Shown here piece by piece: positions 40,501 to 50,912 of a stretch of DNA of 64,000 nucleotides. The notes under the pieces were generated by a model that was given only the letters and a program-made list of their open reading frames with translations, had not been told where the DNA came from and ran no database searches. Numbering within the stretch: the stretch's first letter is position 1; the number at the start of each line of letters is the position of its first letter. Made by a program: the position numbers and the translations under genes. The DNA is from Leptogorgia sarmentosa (taxonomy: Eukaryota), in contig OZ210884.1 of assembly GCA_964658305.1 (NCBI GenBank), positions 4,464,001 through 4,528,000 of the forward strand, in the 5' to 3' direction.

Positions 40501-43500
40501 ATAATATTAATGATTTTGGATTCTGAATTTATAGAGAAAATTAAATAGTTTCTTTTCACGTAGGTACGAAGGGAATTTATTTGTTATCATATTCGTCGCG
40601 AGATTTAGACATTTTATTTCTACATTAGATTACAACGAGTGTAACCCAGCTGAGATTGTTCACACGCCCGACTGCGGTAACAATACAATATGTGTCAACA
40701 CAAATACGAGTTACGAGTGTGTTTGCAATGAAGGATTTTTCAGAAATAGCCCTGATGATATAGGATGCATTGGTATGTTAATCAATTTATAATTATTTAA
40801 TATTTGACCAATTTTGCTAGTTGTGCCAAAAATATTTGAAACGGAAATCGGTTAGCCCAATTTCAGAATGTACTTTTAAAATCCTGGAAAATCGCCCAAT
40901 GTGATTTTTTTTTACTTTGGAATCCGAAATGCCGAGAGGGAAATCCGCGTAGTCCAAATTCGGGAGCCGGAATCCAGATTCTTGATAATGACAGAAAGAA
41001 TTCTGTTTTTATCTGTTATCCCAAACCGAAACAAATCCTATAATATACGTGCCTTTAAAAATACGATATTTTTTTACGCATACAAAAGCTATATATTAAG
41101 GTGTTCTATATGTACTTCTTTATTATTTAAACTGTATACATTTCTCTTCAGATATTAATGAATGTCGTGAAGGAGGTGAACACGAATGCCATGAACATGG
41201 TTCATGCAATAATATTGATGGTTCATACACGTGTACATGCACTACTGGATATACAGGGGATGGTAAAAATTGTACAGGTATTACTGATTAGTTACCGTTT
41301 TATAAATATTGTTACTTGTGCTTCACTATGTATATAATAAACTATATTGAATATGTTGCAAAAATTTGCTTTTGTGATTATAATTTTTTTCCTGCGGATA
41401 AACAATTATCGCCCTTGTCTAGTTTATGAGCTTCTGTTTTCAACGAGAATTATGAGAGTTTTCACCTATTTCGACACTTAAAAATGATGATTTTGAAATA
41501 ACTCAAAGCCTATTGTATCTTAACATAAGCTAAAGGCAATCGAAATTGGCATGAAACATTTCGAAAAATGCATCTAATTATACCTGCGTGGAGGAAAATT
41601 GTATTTTTTGTTTATTATTTGCGCGCTTCGCACCAACGAGAATTTTTAATAGCAGGGAATACATACTTCGCGTGTATCATGCAGTGTGTCCAGGGCGCAA
41701 TAGTTTACTGCGCCCTGGTGTATCGTATGACGAAACGTGGAAAGTGTGATTATACCGATGAAGTGTAATCATATCAGCGAAACATTAGCTAGTCCAGCAG
41801 TTGTGGATTATTTAAATTTTTACGACAGTAATACTGTAGCTATATAATACTAATTATGATTTCAATTCTGACCAGATATCAATGAATGTGCTGAAGGGGG
41901 TGGACATAATTGCAATGTGCATGCTTCCTGCAATAATACGGATGGTTCATATAGTTGTGCTTGTAATTCCGGCTACTCAGGAGATGGAAAGAGTTGTGAA
42001 GGTATTAAGAAATTTATATAATTCTAAAAATTTCGTACGATTTACGAGATGTACAAAGCACAAACATGATTACATTGAAATATAAATTTTCCACCGTTTT
42101 AAAAAATTAAAGCTTTTGGGAAATATCATGTGGGATTTTCATTTAATCAACGTGACAGTATTCTGTAGTTCGATTAACTGAATTTCGAAACAAAGAAAGA
42201 AGAAATATGTCCAACGAATACAGTGTCCAACTGTATTCGTTGTATATAAACACTGACATAGCTACATTCGGTACTCTTATGAATCACATTTGTTCAAAAA
42301 TGGTTCATTCGTCTCAACATGGTATTTAGGTAATAAAATTATGAAAAAAGCATGGTATAAAACAATAACTTTTGCACCTATAGCTATACTGATCACAACA
42401 CGCTGATTGAAACGACCATCATTTATAGTTTTGTTAGTCCAGAGCAACTACAAGATTAAATCGAGAATATACGGATGTTTGAAAATATTAAATGCATTTC
42501 GAGTGTTGTCCATGATATAGACAGACCATAATTTTATTCCAAAATATAACGCTTAAATGGCATCAAAAACCATGCTGTCGTGACAGAAGGATTTATGACA
42601 CACCGTTTATACATGGGAAGATTTTCATGCTAACGGGTTATTGTTATCCTCAATTTTATGATGGTTTTTCTAGATATCAATGAATGCATGAATGGAGCAG
42701 ATAAGTGCGCAGATAACGCTATCTGTACCAATTTTATGGGAGGATACGAGTGCGTTTGTAAGGATGGCTATACAGGAAACGGGATTGTGTGTGGTGAGTA
42801 AATGAGAAATATTAAATAGCTACCTATGTTGTTTATTGATGATTATACTAGTACTTCTATATCGAAAATATTAAAGCGATTTTCTCTCATTAGCTTTGTT
42901 TACCGTCAGTTTCGTAATATAACTTTGAAAATAGTGTTTTTGAACTGGGTTTTTTTCCGATTGTACACTTACGAATTCAAGTTTGATACTTATGAAAGAT
43001 AGCTACTTATGGTAAGATTTTGAAAAAGCGCAACTTTTATAGTAGCTATTGGTAAAAAAAAAACATGAGAAATTAATGCCGCTATGACCAATTATAGATA
43101 ATTAAATTTTAGCTTCTCCCTTGTAGCTGAACTAATTAAACAAAAACACGAAAAATCGCTCATTCAGAGAATATTTAATAATTAGACAACGAGGCGCGTG
43201 CATTGTATATATGAGCAGACAGACTGATTGGGGCGAAGCCTGAGTCTTATTCGCGCATCGCAAAACTCTACCAAAACACTTCCAAAATTTCCATCTAAAT
43301 TGTTGGTTTGCTTTTGCTACCAGTAGGCTATCACAAGTAAACAACAAGTAGGTCAGCCGGTCAAAATGCATATAATTATATCATTATATTTCATTATGAT
43401 TATCAAAAATACCATACCTTAATTTATTTATTATTAATTCATTCAATGAGACGTTATTATAATTGCCATTTATAGAGCACCTCAAATAATTTATATTTCT

Positions 43501-46500
43501 ACCTTCAGTTGTCTCTTCATTTACGTTTTTGTTTATTGTAGGCGATATAAATGAATGCACAGGTCCTACACCACCATGTACGGCCCCGGGTCAGCGATGT
43601 AATAACTATCCTGGAACATATCGCTGCAGTTGTATCAGTCCAAGGAAGCAACTAACTGACGACAGTTCAGCATGTATTAGTAAGTATAGAAATTACAATC
43701 AATTTTCCACAGAATTCTCTTTTTTACGAGTTAATATGGGGCAATATATTTGTCTTATAATCATGGCATATCTTGCAAATAACTAAACTTAATTTCAATT
43801 AATCAAGGTAAACGTGCATGCATGCAGTTACATGAATAGTTTCTACTAATAAATGTATTGTAACTTCCTAATAGTGTATAATATAAGAATTTTCTTGATA
43901 TTTCTTACTTAATTTCGCCAAAGGCTTTCGAATAGATAAGAACTGTTCACTTTACTGGAAGGAGGCCGAATGCGCTTCACTACCACTTTACTACTAACCT
44001 TGGCATAGGATTGCTCTGGATTCAATTGCAATTATATAATCAAGATTCCTCATCCAACAAATCGTTGTTGTTGTAAAATCGCATATTTTTTTCCAGCTTT
44101 TTAATCAATATTTAGCATTTTGATTTAATTAATTATTGTTATAATCTGCATAATTGGTTGATACTCACTTGATATTATATTTTTGTAGATATCATTGCAA
44201 CTTTGCGTGGTCAGATTCGAATTCTTAATCTTCCATTTTTGCAAGACTACTCTGATTCAAGTAGCTTGGAATACTTGGAGATTACCGACAGGATAATCCT
44301 CCAGGTACGTACACCTGTTGATTTTCAGAGTTAAATTTGAATTTCAAAAATATAAAGACCAGTGATAACAGTTAACCTAATGCATAGAGTATAAGGAATA
44401 AAATTAAACTTTTTCTAATAATATAAATATAGTAGCTAAAATTATTCACTATTTTCTATTAGGAGATTTTAAGATTTTGCTAATTTCTTAAAAACCTTGA
44501 TTATTTATGAATAAACAATAGGTGACAGTAGGCAGCTATTAAAAATTGAAAATTTACATCAAATTCCAACGAAAAGGAATAAATATTGTGAACATGTCAA
44601 ATCAAAGAATTATGAATAGCATAGGCTAAATTAAAAATAAATATTAACCCGTGATTAGATTGCATGGCTATTGCGAAATATTGATCTATTATTTGATTGA
44701 TAAAAAATGACTAAAATACAGCACGTACACTTAAAATCTGTTAATTCATGCATGTACCTCAGCGTGCAGTGATAAGGTTTATTTCTTTGTTGGGATTTAT
44801 TCAAACGCATTATAATTATATTGCTATTTTACATTCAGCTAACCGAACTCTACAAAAGGACTGCGACGTTGAAACGCGCATTCTACAAAATCAACATCAT
44901 AGAGTTGTTGTAAGTTTTTGGAATTCTAAATTTGAATTTATATTATAGCAAGGCTACAGGATGTGTCGAAAAAGGGCAAATGATTGAAAAAAAATTATTG
45001 TACGAATTTGAATGCCTTAGCACTAAGTCGAACGCAAAGCCGAAGGATCTTCATGCTCTTGGGAATTTAAAGCGGTTTGTTCAGTTATTGCATAAATGAC
45101 AACATCGCCACAGATTAAGCGTCCAAATTCGAACAATGCCTATGCGATCGTTCCCCTATTTTTGAGACAACCTAGACACTTCACCTAAAGATGAACACAA
45201 CCATCTGGTAGAAATCTAGAGCCACTCTAGATTGTGATAAAAAGGCCGTTTTCAACTTGCATGGCGATATTTTTCACCCGAACAAGCAAAAAGTGGATGT
45301 GATTGAGTGGTGGCGTCGTTAGTGTCATTCGCCAGCCTATCACGATCAAGTTGTTTTTCACTCTGTTCACGTGGGAAAATTCGCCCAATGGAACGCAGGC
45401 TTAATTGTTTTAGGGGAATCAGAGATCAAACATGAAATATAACACCAAATGTATAATCAAAACTGAAAGTATCGTAATAGTATTATATGTATGATAAACC
45501 ATCATAACATGATCATTCTACTTAATATACATGTATCGTCATTAAGATTAACATGCATAAATAATTTGAATTCCAGCAACGGATCTGTTGGAGTCAACTA
45601 CCTTTCATCCTTCTCAATGGATATTAATGCAACAAATGTAATTCAAGAATTAACAAATGCGCTCAATATGAGTGGCGGTAACGCCTTTCTTGGCAACAGC
45701 GGTCTTATGGTCGACGATCAGTTGGAAATTGAAGGTAATGCTGACAAGCCCTGGTCAAACGGACACAACATTTTGTAGCAACATAGTTCAGCACGGTTGG
45801 ATTATCTGAGACATGTTGCGTTGTTTTCCAATGAGAATGGCCAAACGGACGCGATAATTTTCCACTCAGCATTTGATATCTCCATGGTGAAAGTCTGACA
45901 TGCGCATGCTCAACAGCAGCAATTCTGATCGCAACATCGGAAAATGTAACTACCAAATGTTGACGTGCGTGTCAAAGTTTGACTGAAGTAAAATTTTACG
46001 CAAGATTGTCCAGGATCATCCAACATTATTCAATATGAAATTCGAGATCTCAACATAGACTCCCACAATGTTGGAGTATGTTGCGGCAAATTTTTGCGTC
46101 CGTTTCACGAGATTTTTACAATGAAACGGCGGCAAACAAATGGTAAGAGAGGCCAATTGACTATCTGTTATTCTCTGCAATTTCAGATTACAACGAATGT
46201 AATCCAGCTTCGATTCATGTTCCTGATTGTGGTGGGAATGCAACGTGTGTCAACAGAAACATGACTTACGATTGTGTTTGTAAATCGGGATTTACCAGCA
46301 GTAGCTCTGGTTGTATTATTTGTAAGTATAATTCTAGCTACTTACAAATATAAGTATAATTCTAAACCTTTGTTTGCCAGGCCTTCTCATAATCTACTTG
46401 GTTTCTATATGCTCATGCACATTATTAAGAATTGCCGCATTTTTTATATTTTGCACAAGAAAGTACGAGAATAATTTGAGTATTTTACATAGAACATAGA

Positions 46501-47775
46501 TAGAGTAACGGCTTTATTACGAGCACATTAATGAAAACCTTCGCCATAATAAAAAAATACCATGTTGCTTCTTTCCTATACCTACACTTGATTACACCTT
46601 TGAATTATCCTCAATTTTATGATGGTTTTTGTAGATATCAATGAATGCATGAATGGAGCAGATAAGTGCGCAGATAACGCTATCTGTACCAATTTTATGG
46701 GAGGATACGAGTGCGTTTGTAAGGATGGCTATACAGGAAACGGGATTGTGTGCGGTGAGTAAATGAGTAATATTAAATAGCTACCTATGTTGTTTATTGA
46801 TGATTATATACTAGTACTTCTATATCGAAAATATCTCTCATTAGCTATGTTTACCGTCAGTTTCGTAATATAACTTAATACCATGTTGCTTCTTTCCTAT
46901 ACCTACACTTGATTACACCTTTGAATGTAACGTTGCGAACCTCATGCACTACCGTCTATCGTGTATACAACATTTGCTTCTTACATTATACGTATAACCA
47001 TTATTTTAACCGTTATTTACGATTGTATAATATTTTTTTTAGCTCCCGCTGGAAAATATGGTATGTACCACTTTCTAAAAATATTAGTATTTTAGTATAG
47101 CTATAATAGTACAATAGTGTACAAGTGTAATATGGTATATATTGTATATTTGTTTTATGAACCTAATTACTATCTTTGCATGATTGGATGCATGTTATAC
47201 ATGTATTTTGAACCATTTTGAATGCTCTTATTTCACACCCCCCCCTCCATCCATCACTTCCCAGCATGTCCAATTGCGTGATGGCTAAGATCTATTTATT
47301 GTTGTTTTATTTCTTCCATTGATAACGATTTTCTTGTTATAATTATATAGTGGACAAAGATGAGCTTGATAAGATTCGCAGTTTAATTATAGCAGTTATT
47401 GCTTTTCTCGGATTTTGCATTCTCGTTGCATTCATTTTGGTTGTGATCGCAGGGATCAGGTAAGCAAATTTGCGTGGACAGGTTTACCGCCCTCAGATCT
47501 ATTGCGATTCAAACCCTCGACTAATCAAAGAAAATTATCGCACAGATTCACAATTACGATTTGTTTTCCTAAATTTTCGAGCTTTTTCGATAGTCTTATT
47601 TCAGTAACTTTAATATTGTTTTTATTTCAGGCTCGGAATGGCAGCAGATGGGAATTATCCTAGCCAGACCTGGAGCGACATAAACAGTATTCCTGATTCC
47701 ATAACCACCCCTCGATTCTCACCCAATCCAGTGATGGAATATCATTACAGGGATGATATCGATGTGATCTACTAA
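28573..47775 (+). CDS. EGF-repeat / double SEA-domain type I membrane glycoprotein, ~1573 aa, 42 predicted coding exons
   Basis: Signal exon 28573..28630 ([20 protein letters not shown]). Partial-EGF exons A 29023..29118, 29573..29671, 30329..30427, 31399..31497, 31939..32037 alternate with B 29377..29457, 30114..30194, 30679..30759, 31747..31827, 32443..32523. EGF 32880..32999, 34107..34229, eleven 123-nt exons from 34389 to 37355, 37723..37845, 38410..38553. SEA1 38910..39025, 39670..39740, 40218..40408 (PGSVNV). EGF 40629..40772, 41152..41277, 41876..42001, 42674..42793, 43542..43679. SEA2 44189..44304, 44839..44909, 45577..45734 (NGSVGV). EGF 46187..46321, 46635..46754; microexon 47043..47060; TM exon 47351..47459; tail 47631..47775. 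Sum 4722 nt, in frame. Confidence 0.88.
30776..31309 (+). mobile_element. Hairpin-ended Crypton-like element in an EGF gene intron, with a paralogous empty site
   Basis: TATTTA at 30776-30781 and 31304-31309; the paralogous intron near 31845 has a single TATATA. IR TTATTATATGGAC / GTCCATTAATAA; relic [22 protein letters not shown] at 30923; hairpin 31160-31297 with GCTGCGC tip. Confidence 0.85.
32280..32326 (+). other. Truncated B-type EGF pseudo-exon with in-frame stop
   Basis: Acceptor CTCTTACAG as in B3/B4, then [15 protein letters not shown]; homology breaks off and there is no donor. Confidence 0.75.
33293..33745 (-). mobile_element. Hairpin-ended Crypton-like element, reverse orientation
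   Basis: 150-nt hairpin 33297-33446 with GA/GA mismatches and GCGAAGC tip (33368-33374) on the + strand; IR TTATTATACATTT / AAATGTATAATAA; ACCAATCAG; relic [12 protein letters not shown] from 33506 on -. Confidence 0.8.
33739..33990 (+). mobile_element. Crypton-like element with collapsed hairpin, head-to-head with the previous one
   Basis: IR TTAGTATACAC / GTGTATACTAA; CTGATTGGCTA; relic [17 protein letters not shown] at 33857; ends TAATTGTTAAATA. Confidence 0.7.
34107..37355 (+). repeat. Tandem exon+intron array (282/290-bp units) encoding His-rich EGF modules
   Basis: Exon starts 34107, 34389, 34671, 34953, 35235, 35517, 35799, 36081, 36371, 36661, 36943, 37233; introns 159 or 167 nt and nearly identical. 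Confidence 0.95.
37879..38014. mobile_element. PIF/Harbinger-like MITE
   Basis: TIRs GGCCCGTTTCATACGTCGAA / TTCGACATATGAAACAGGCC, TTA on both sides. Confidence 0.85.
45748..46112. mobile_element. Degenerate Harbinger-like MITE
   Basis: Imperfect inverted ends GCCCTGGTCAAACGGACACAACATTTT / AAATTTTTGCGTCCGTTTCACGAG. Confidence 0.5.
46556..46926 (+). repeat. Templated insertion of an EGF exon flanked by a 50-bp direct duplication
   Basis: Identical 50-mers at 46556-46605 and 46877-46926 flank 46606-46876, a near-copy of 42645-42925. Confidence 0.9.
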
Positions 47776-48780
47776 CTTGGATTCACTTGCGCTACCACTA
47801 TATAAATTCATTTAAACCTCTCAAACTTAAATAGTAGATAATTTAGTGTTTTTCTCTCTAAACATAGCAACTGTGCACGGAACCTAAGAACTACACATTC
47901 AGTTGATAAAATTTAAGTTCAATTATTTGCAAAATGAATAGGAATGTTTTAATTCAAATTTTTGCTTTTAAGTTAAACGCTTTTGAGTCCTGATCGATAA
48001 TAGATTTTTCTCTTAAAATAGTTTCTTAGGGAGCAATTTGCGGTTTAGAAAGGTCTCTTTGTTTTAATTGCTTCTTTATCATACCGGTTGTAGTTTGTTC
48101 AAAACATCTGATCGCATTGTAGCTATCCTTTAGTTAATATTTAATACAATTAATAAGCACTCTATATATAATCATAGCTAAGTTTACAATTGTAATGCAT
48201 GCTTGCGCGCTTATTCTAAATAATAACTATTTCAGTTCACTATTACTGCTAGAACGCTATTTTGACTTGACAGTCTAAACCAAAAGAACAGCCAATGAAA
48301 ACATAATTGCATGGAATATATGGTGAAATGGATTTTTAATCCACCATATTATATAGTAGTAATTAAGCGCTTTAAATTTGACATAAATTAACTTCGTATT
48401 GTAATCTAACATGTAATGACTTTCTTAATTAATTAATAAACATTTGTGGTAGCATATAATTCTTGATTGCTTTCTTTTTCTTTGTCAACTGGTATAAGCG
48501 CGAGCGGAGAACGAGACAAACGCTGCAGTTGTTTGATCAACAGGTTTGATAACGCAAGATTCTAACCTGCGACCTGCGACTAAAACGGTTCCATTGATGA
48601 TGTCATTGCATTTCTGTTGTTGTTAGCTTCCCTCCATAAACAATCGTGTATAATAATGTACCGCAGTTGCGCTGAAATTCAAACTTCGAAGCCAGTTGAA
48701 AAGGTGTGGAAAAACGATCCTTCAAGAGTTTGAAGTAGTTTCGGGAAAAAAATTACACAATTTACTTCACGACAGTTCAC

Positions 48781-49650
48781 TTAAAGCCAAGGTCTTGAGC
48801 AAAGGTAGTGTTTTACTGTCTTTCTTCCTTCGCGACGTAGGATTGAATGCCTCCAGAAAAATATCAGACAGTTAAATGTCGAGTTTATGGTGGCAATAGT
48901 GTGTAACCATGAACCAAACAACAGAGCGAATCTTTCGTTTGGTAAGGCATTGGTGGAACGCAAGACAGAGAAGACAATTTCCGGGAAGTAGAAGGTCAAA
49001 AAACAACCAACGGCCAATGAACAAGTGGAAATATGTTTAAGATTTAATTTCCACGCTCTTCTTTCGGGATGACTTGACGCTGATATATTATCATCGACTT
49101 TGCGTTTTGATCTGGCGATGACGAAGATGTTGTAGTTAAGGTAAACAAATAGGAACAGGGAAATTAAAATGGATGGGATTAGGAAATAATTACCAAATTT
49201 CCCCCCGCGTATATACAGCAATGGCGACACACTGACTGTTATGAACATCAAAAATGCCAGAAAAAGCAATAGTCTTCTTTTTGTGACTGCGGTGTGATGA
49301 AAGAATGGATATTTCAAAGCAAGAAATCGCTCGACACTCATTACTAATAGCGCTGACACTGAAAAAGCTATCAAGTTGATGCTTATTACATAAACCCAAT
49401 TGATGAATTTATGATAGGTTCCCGTTGATAACGAAATAGCCAGTAATATACGCATCAAATGAGAAAAGATTGCCGCAGCCAGATCAATACAAGATAAAAG
49501 AAGAATCGTAAAGTAACAAAGCCTCTTTCGCAACTGCCGACATCTTTTGAAAGTGATGATGACAACAGAATTTAGAAATATTCCTGCAATCATAAATAAA
49601 AAATTCACCAGACACAGAAATACCACGTTGACAAGTACGGTGGAATCCAT
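48781..49650 (-). CDS. Intronless rhodopsin-like (class A) orphan GPCR, 289 aa
   Basis: Seven hydrophobic segments; GIFLN (TM1), LSCIDL (TM2), MSVERFLALKYPFFH (DRY-equivalent ERF), FLTFYFP (TM6), NSTFNCLIFFWR (TM7). Confidence 0.92.
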   Translation of the reverse strand: MDSTVLVNVVFLCLVNFLFMIAGIFLNSVVIITFKRCRQLRKRLCYFTILLLSCIDLAAAIFSHLMRILLAISLSTGTYHKFINWVYVISINLIAFSVSALLVMSVERFLALKYPFFHHTAVTKRRLLLFLAFLMFITVSVSPLLYIRGGKFGNYFLIPSILISLFLFVYLNYNIFVIARSKRKVDDNISASSHPERRAWKLNLKHISTCSLAVGCFLTFYFPEIVFSVLRSTNALPNERFALLFGSWLHTIATINSTFNCLIFFWRHSILRREGRKTVKHYLCSRPWL

Positions 49651-50290
49651 TGACTATTTTGAATTCGTTTAAAAGCGAGTTCTGTCACACAGCGAATGCG
49701 AAGATGAACGCTTAAAACATTTCCACACATGCACCTGCGCGTTTATTTATTTAGAAACGCTATGATCTCATTTTGAGGCAGTTTTATTTACCAACTCTTG
49801 AATTTTTAATTAAAAATGTATAACTCGTCTACATCTAAATGCGTTCTTAATGAAAATGAAGCAATGTTCTTTCCGCCATCGTTGACAAGCAAAACACGAA
49901 TGGGTTGTTCCTATCACCTGTATACGTCTATATACATACATGTGAAATTTTTATGCTCGTTTTTAAGTTCAGCAATCATATGCAGCAAAATTCGTTAAGT
50001 TTAAACTTTTGCTTCAACAGGGTTCCTATTTCAGAATACAAATTCTCCTATCAATGAGGACCCTGTAATCCAATACTATTACTAGAAATACATTTATGCA
50101 TGCAGCAACCCCTCGCCTTACTTAGCCAAAAATGCAACTATATTTTTGGAACATGAAATACTCTAAAGCGGTCGGAAGTTATTGTCATGACAACACGATC
50201 GGAAATTCGTATTTCTTTATTTCTGAATGATGGCTTATTTGTGATGAAGTTGCAACCTTAGGGTAATCGTAATATATAGTTACTATGACG

Positions 50291-50341
50291 GCGTGCGAAC
50301 TGCGTGCGAACTGCGTGCGAACTGCGTGCGAACTGCGTGCG
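50291..50341. repeat. 11-bp tandem repeat (GCGTGCGAACT), ~4.5 copies
   Basis: Directly visible. Confidence 0.9.
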
Positions 50342-50519
50342 TGAGAGTCGGTGAGTGCATAGTTGATGACAGGCACAATAAGCAATGCCTGGAATGACAG
50401 ACTACGACATTCAAAGATACATCAAAGCTTATTTCTTCTATTTGTATTTGTGGTCGGGAATTTTCCGAAAAAATTGTCATTAATTTTATATGATGAATAT
50501 CCTTATGAAAAATATCATA

Positions 50520-50709
50520 TCCTTATGAAAAATACACATGTGTTTCACATGTGAATCATATGTGAATCACATGTGAACTGAAACACATGTAGAAACCCAC
50601 ATGTGAAACACATGTGAATCACATGTGAATCATATGTCAATCACATGTGATTGTTCCAATTCCACATGTGAACCACATGTGTTTCACATATGTGTATTTT
50701 TCGTAAGGG
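50520..50709. mobile_element. MITE with CACATGTG-rich interior, possibly CMC/EnSpm-like
   Basis: TIRs (T)CCTTATGAAAAATACACAT / ATGTGTATTTTTCGTAAGGG, AT on both flanks; interior is degenerate CA(C/T)ATGTG repeats. Confidence 0.75.
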
Positions 50710-50912
50710 ATCAGTCACTAGATATTAATTAGTTGTACTAATCTATACAATGCAAATTCTTATAACGACTTTCAAAAATTGGCGAAAAAATAATGAGAGC
50801 GAAAGCTGTATATTTAAGACTATAAAGGGACACATATAGGCAATGCATGAATATAGAAATTAATAACTTTGCTAAATGTCTAACTTCAGGCTTTATTCAC
50901 ATAATTTTGTAG

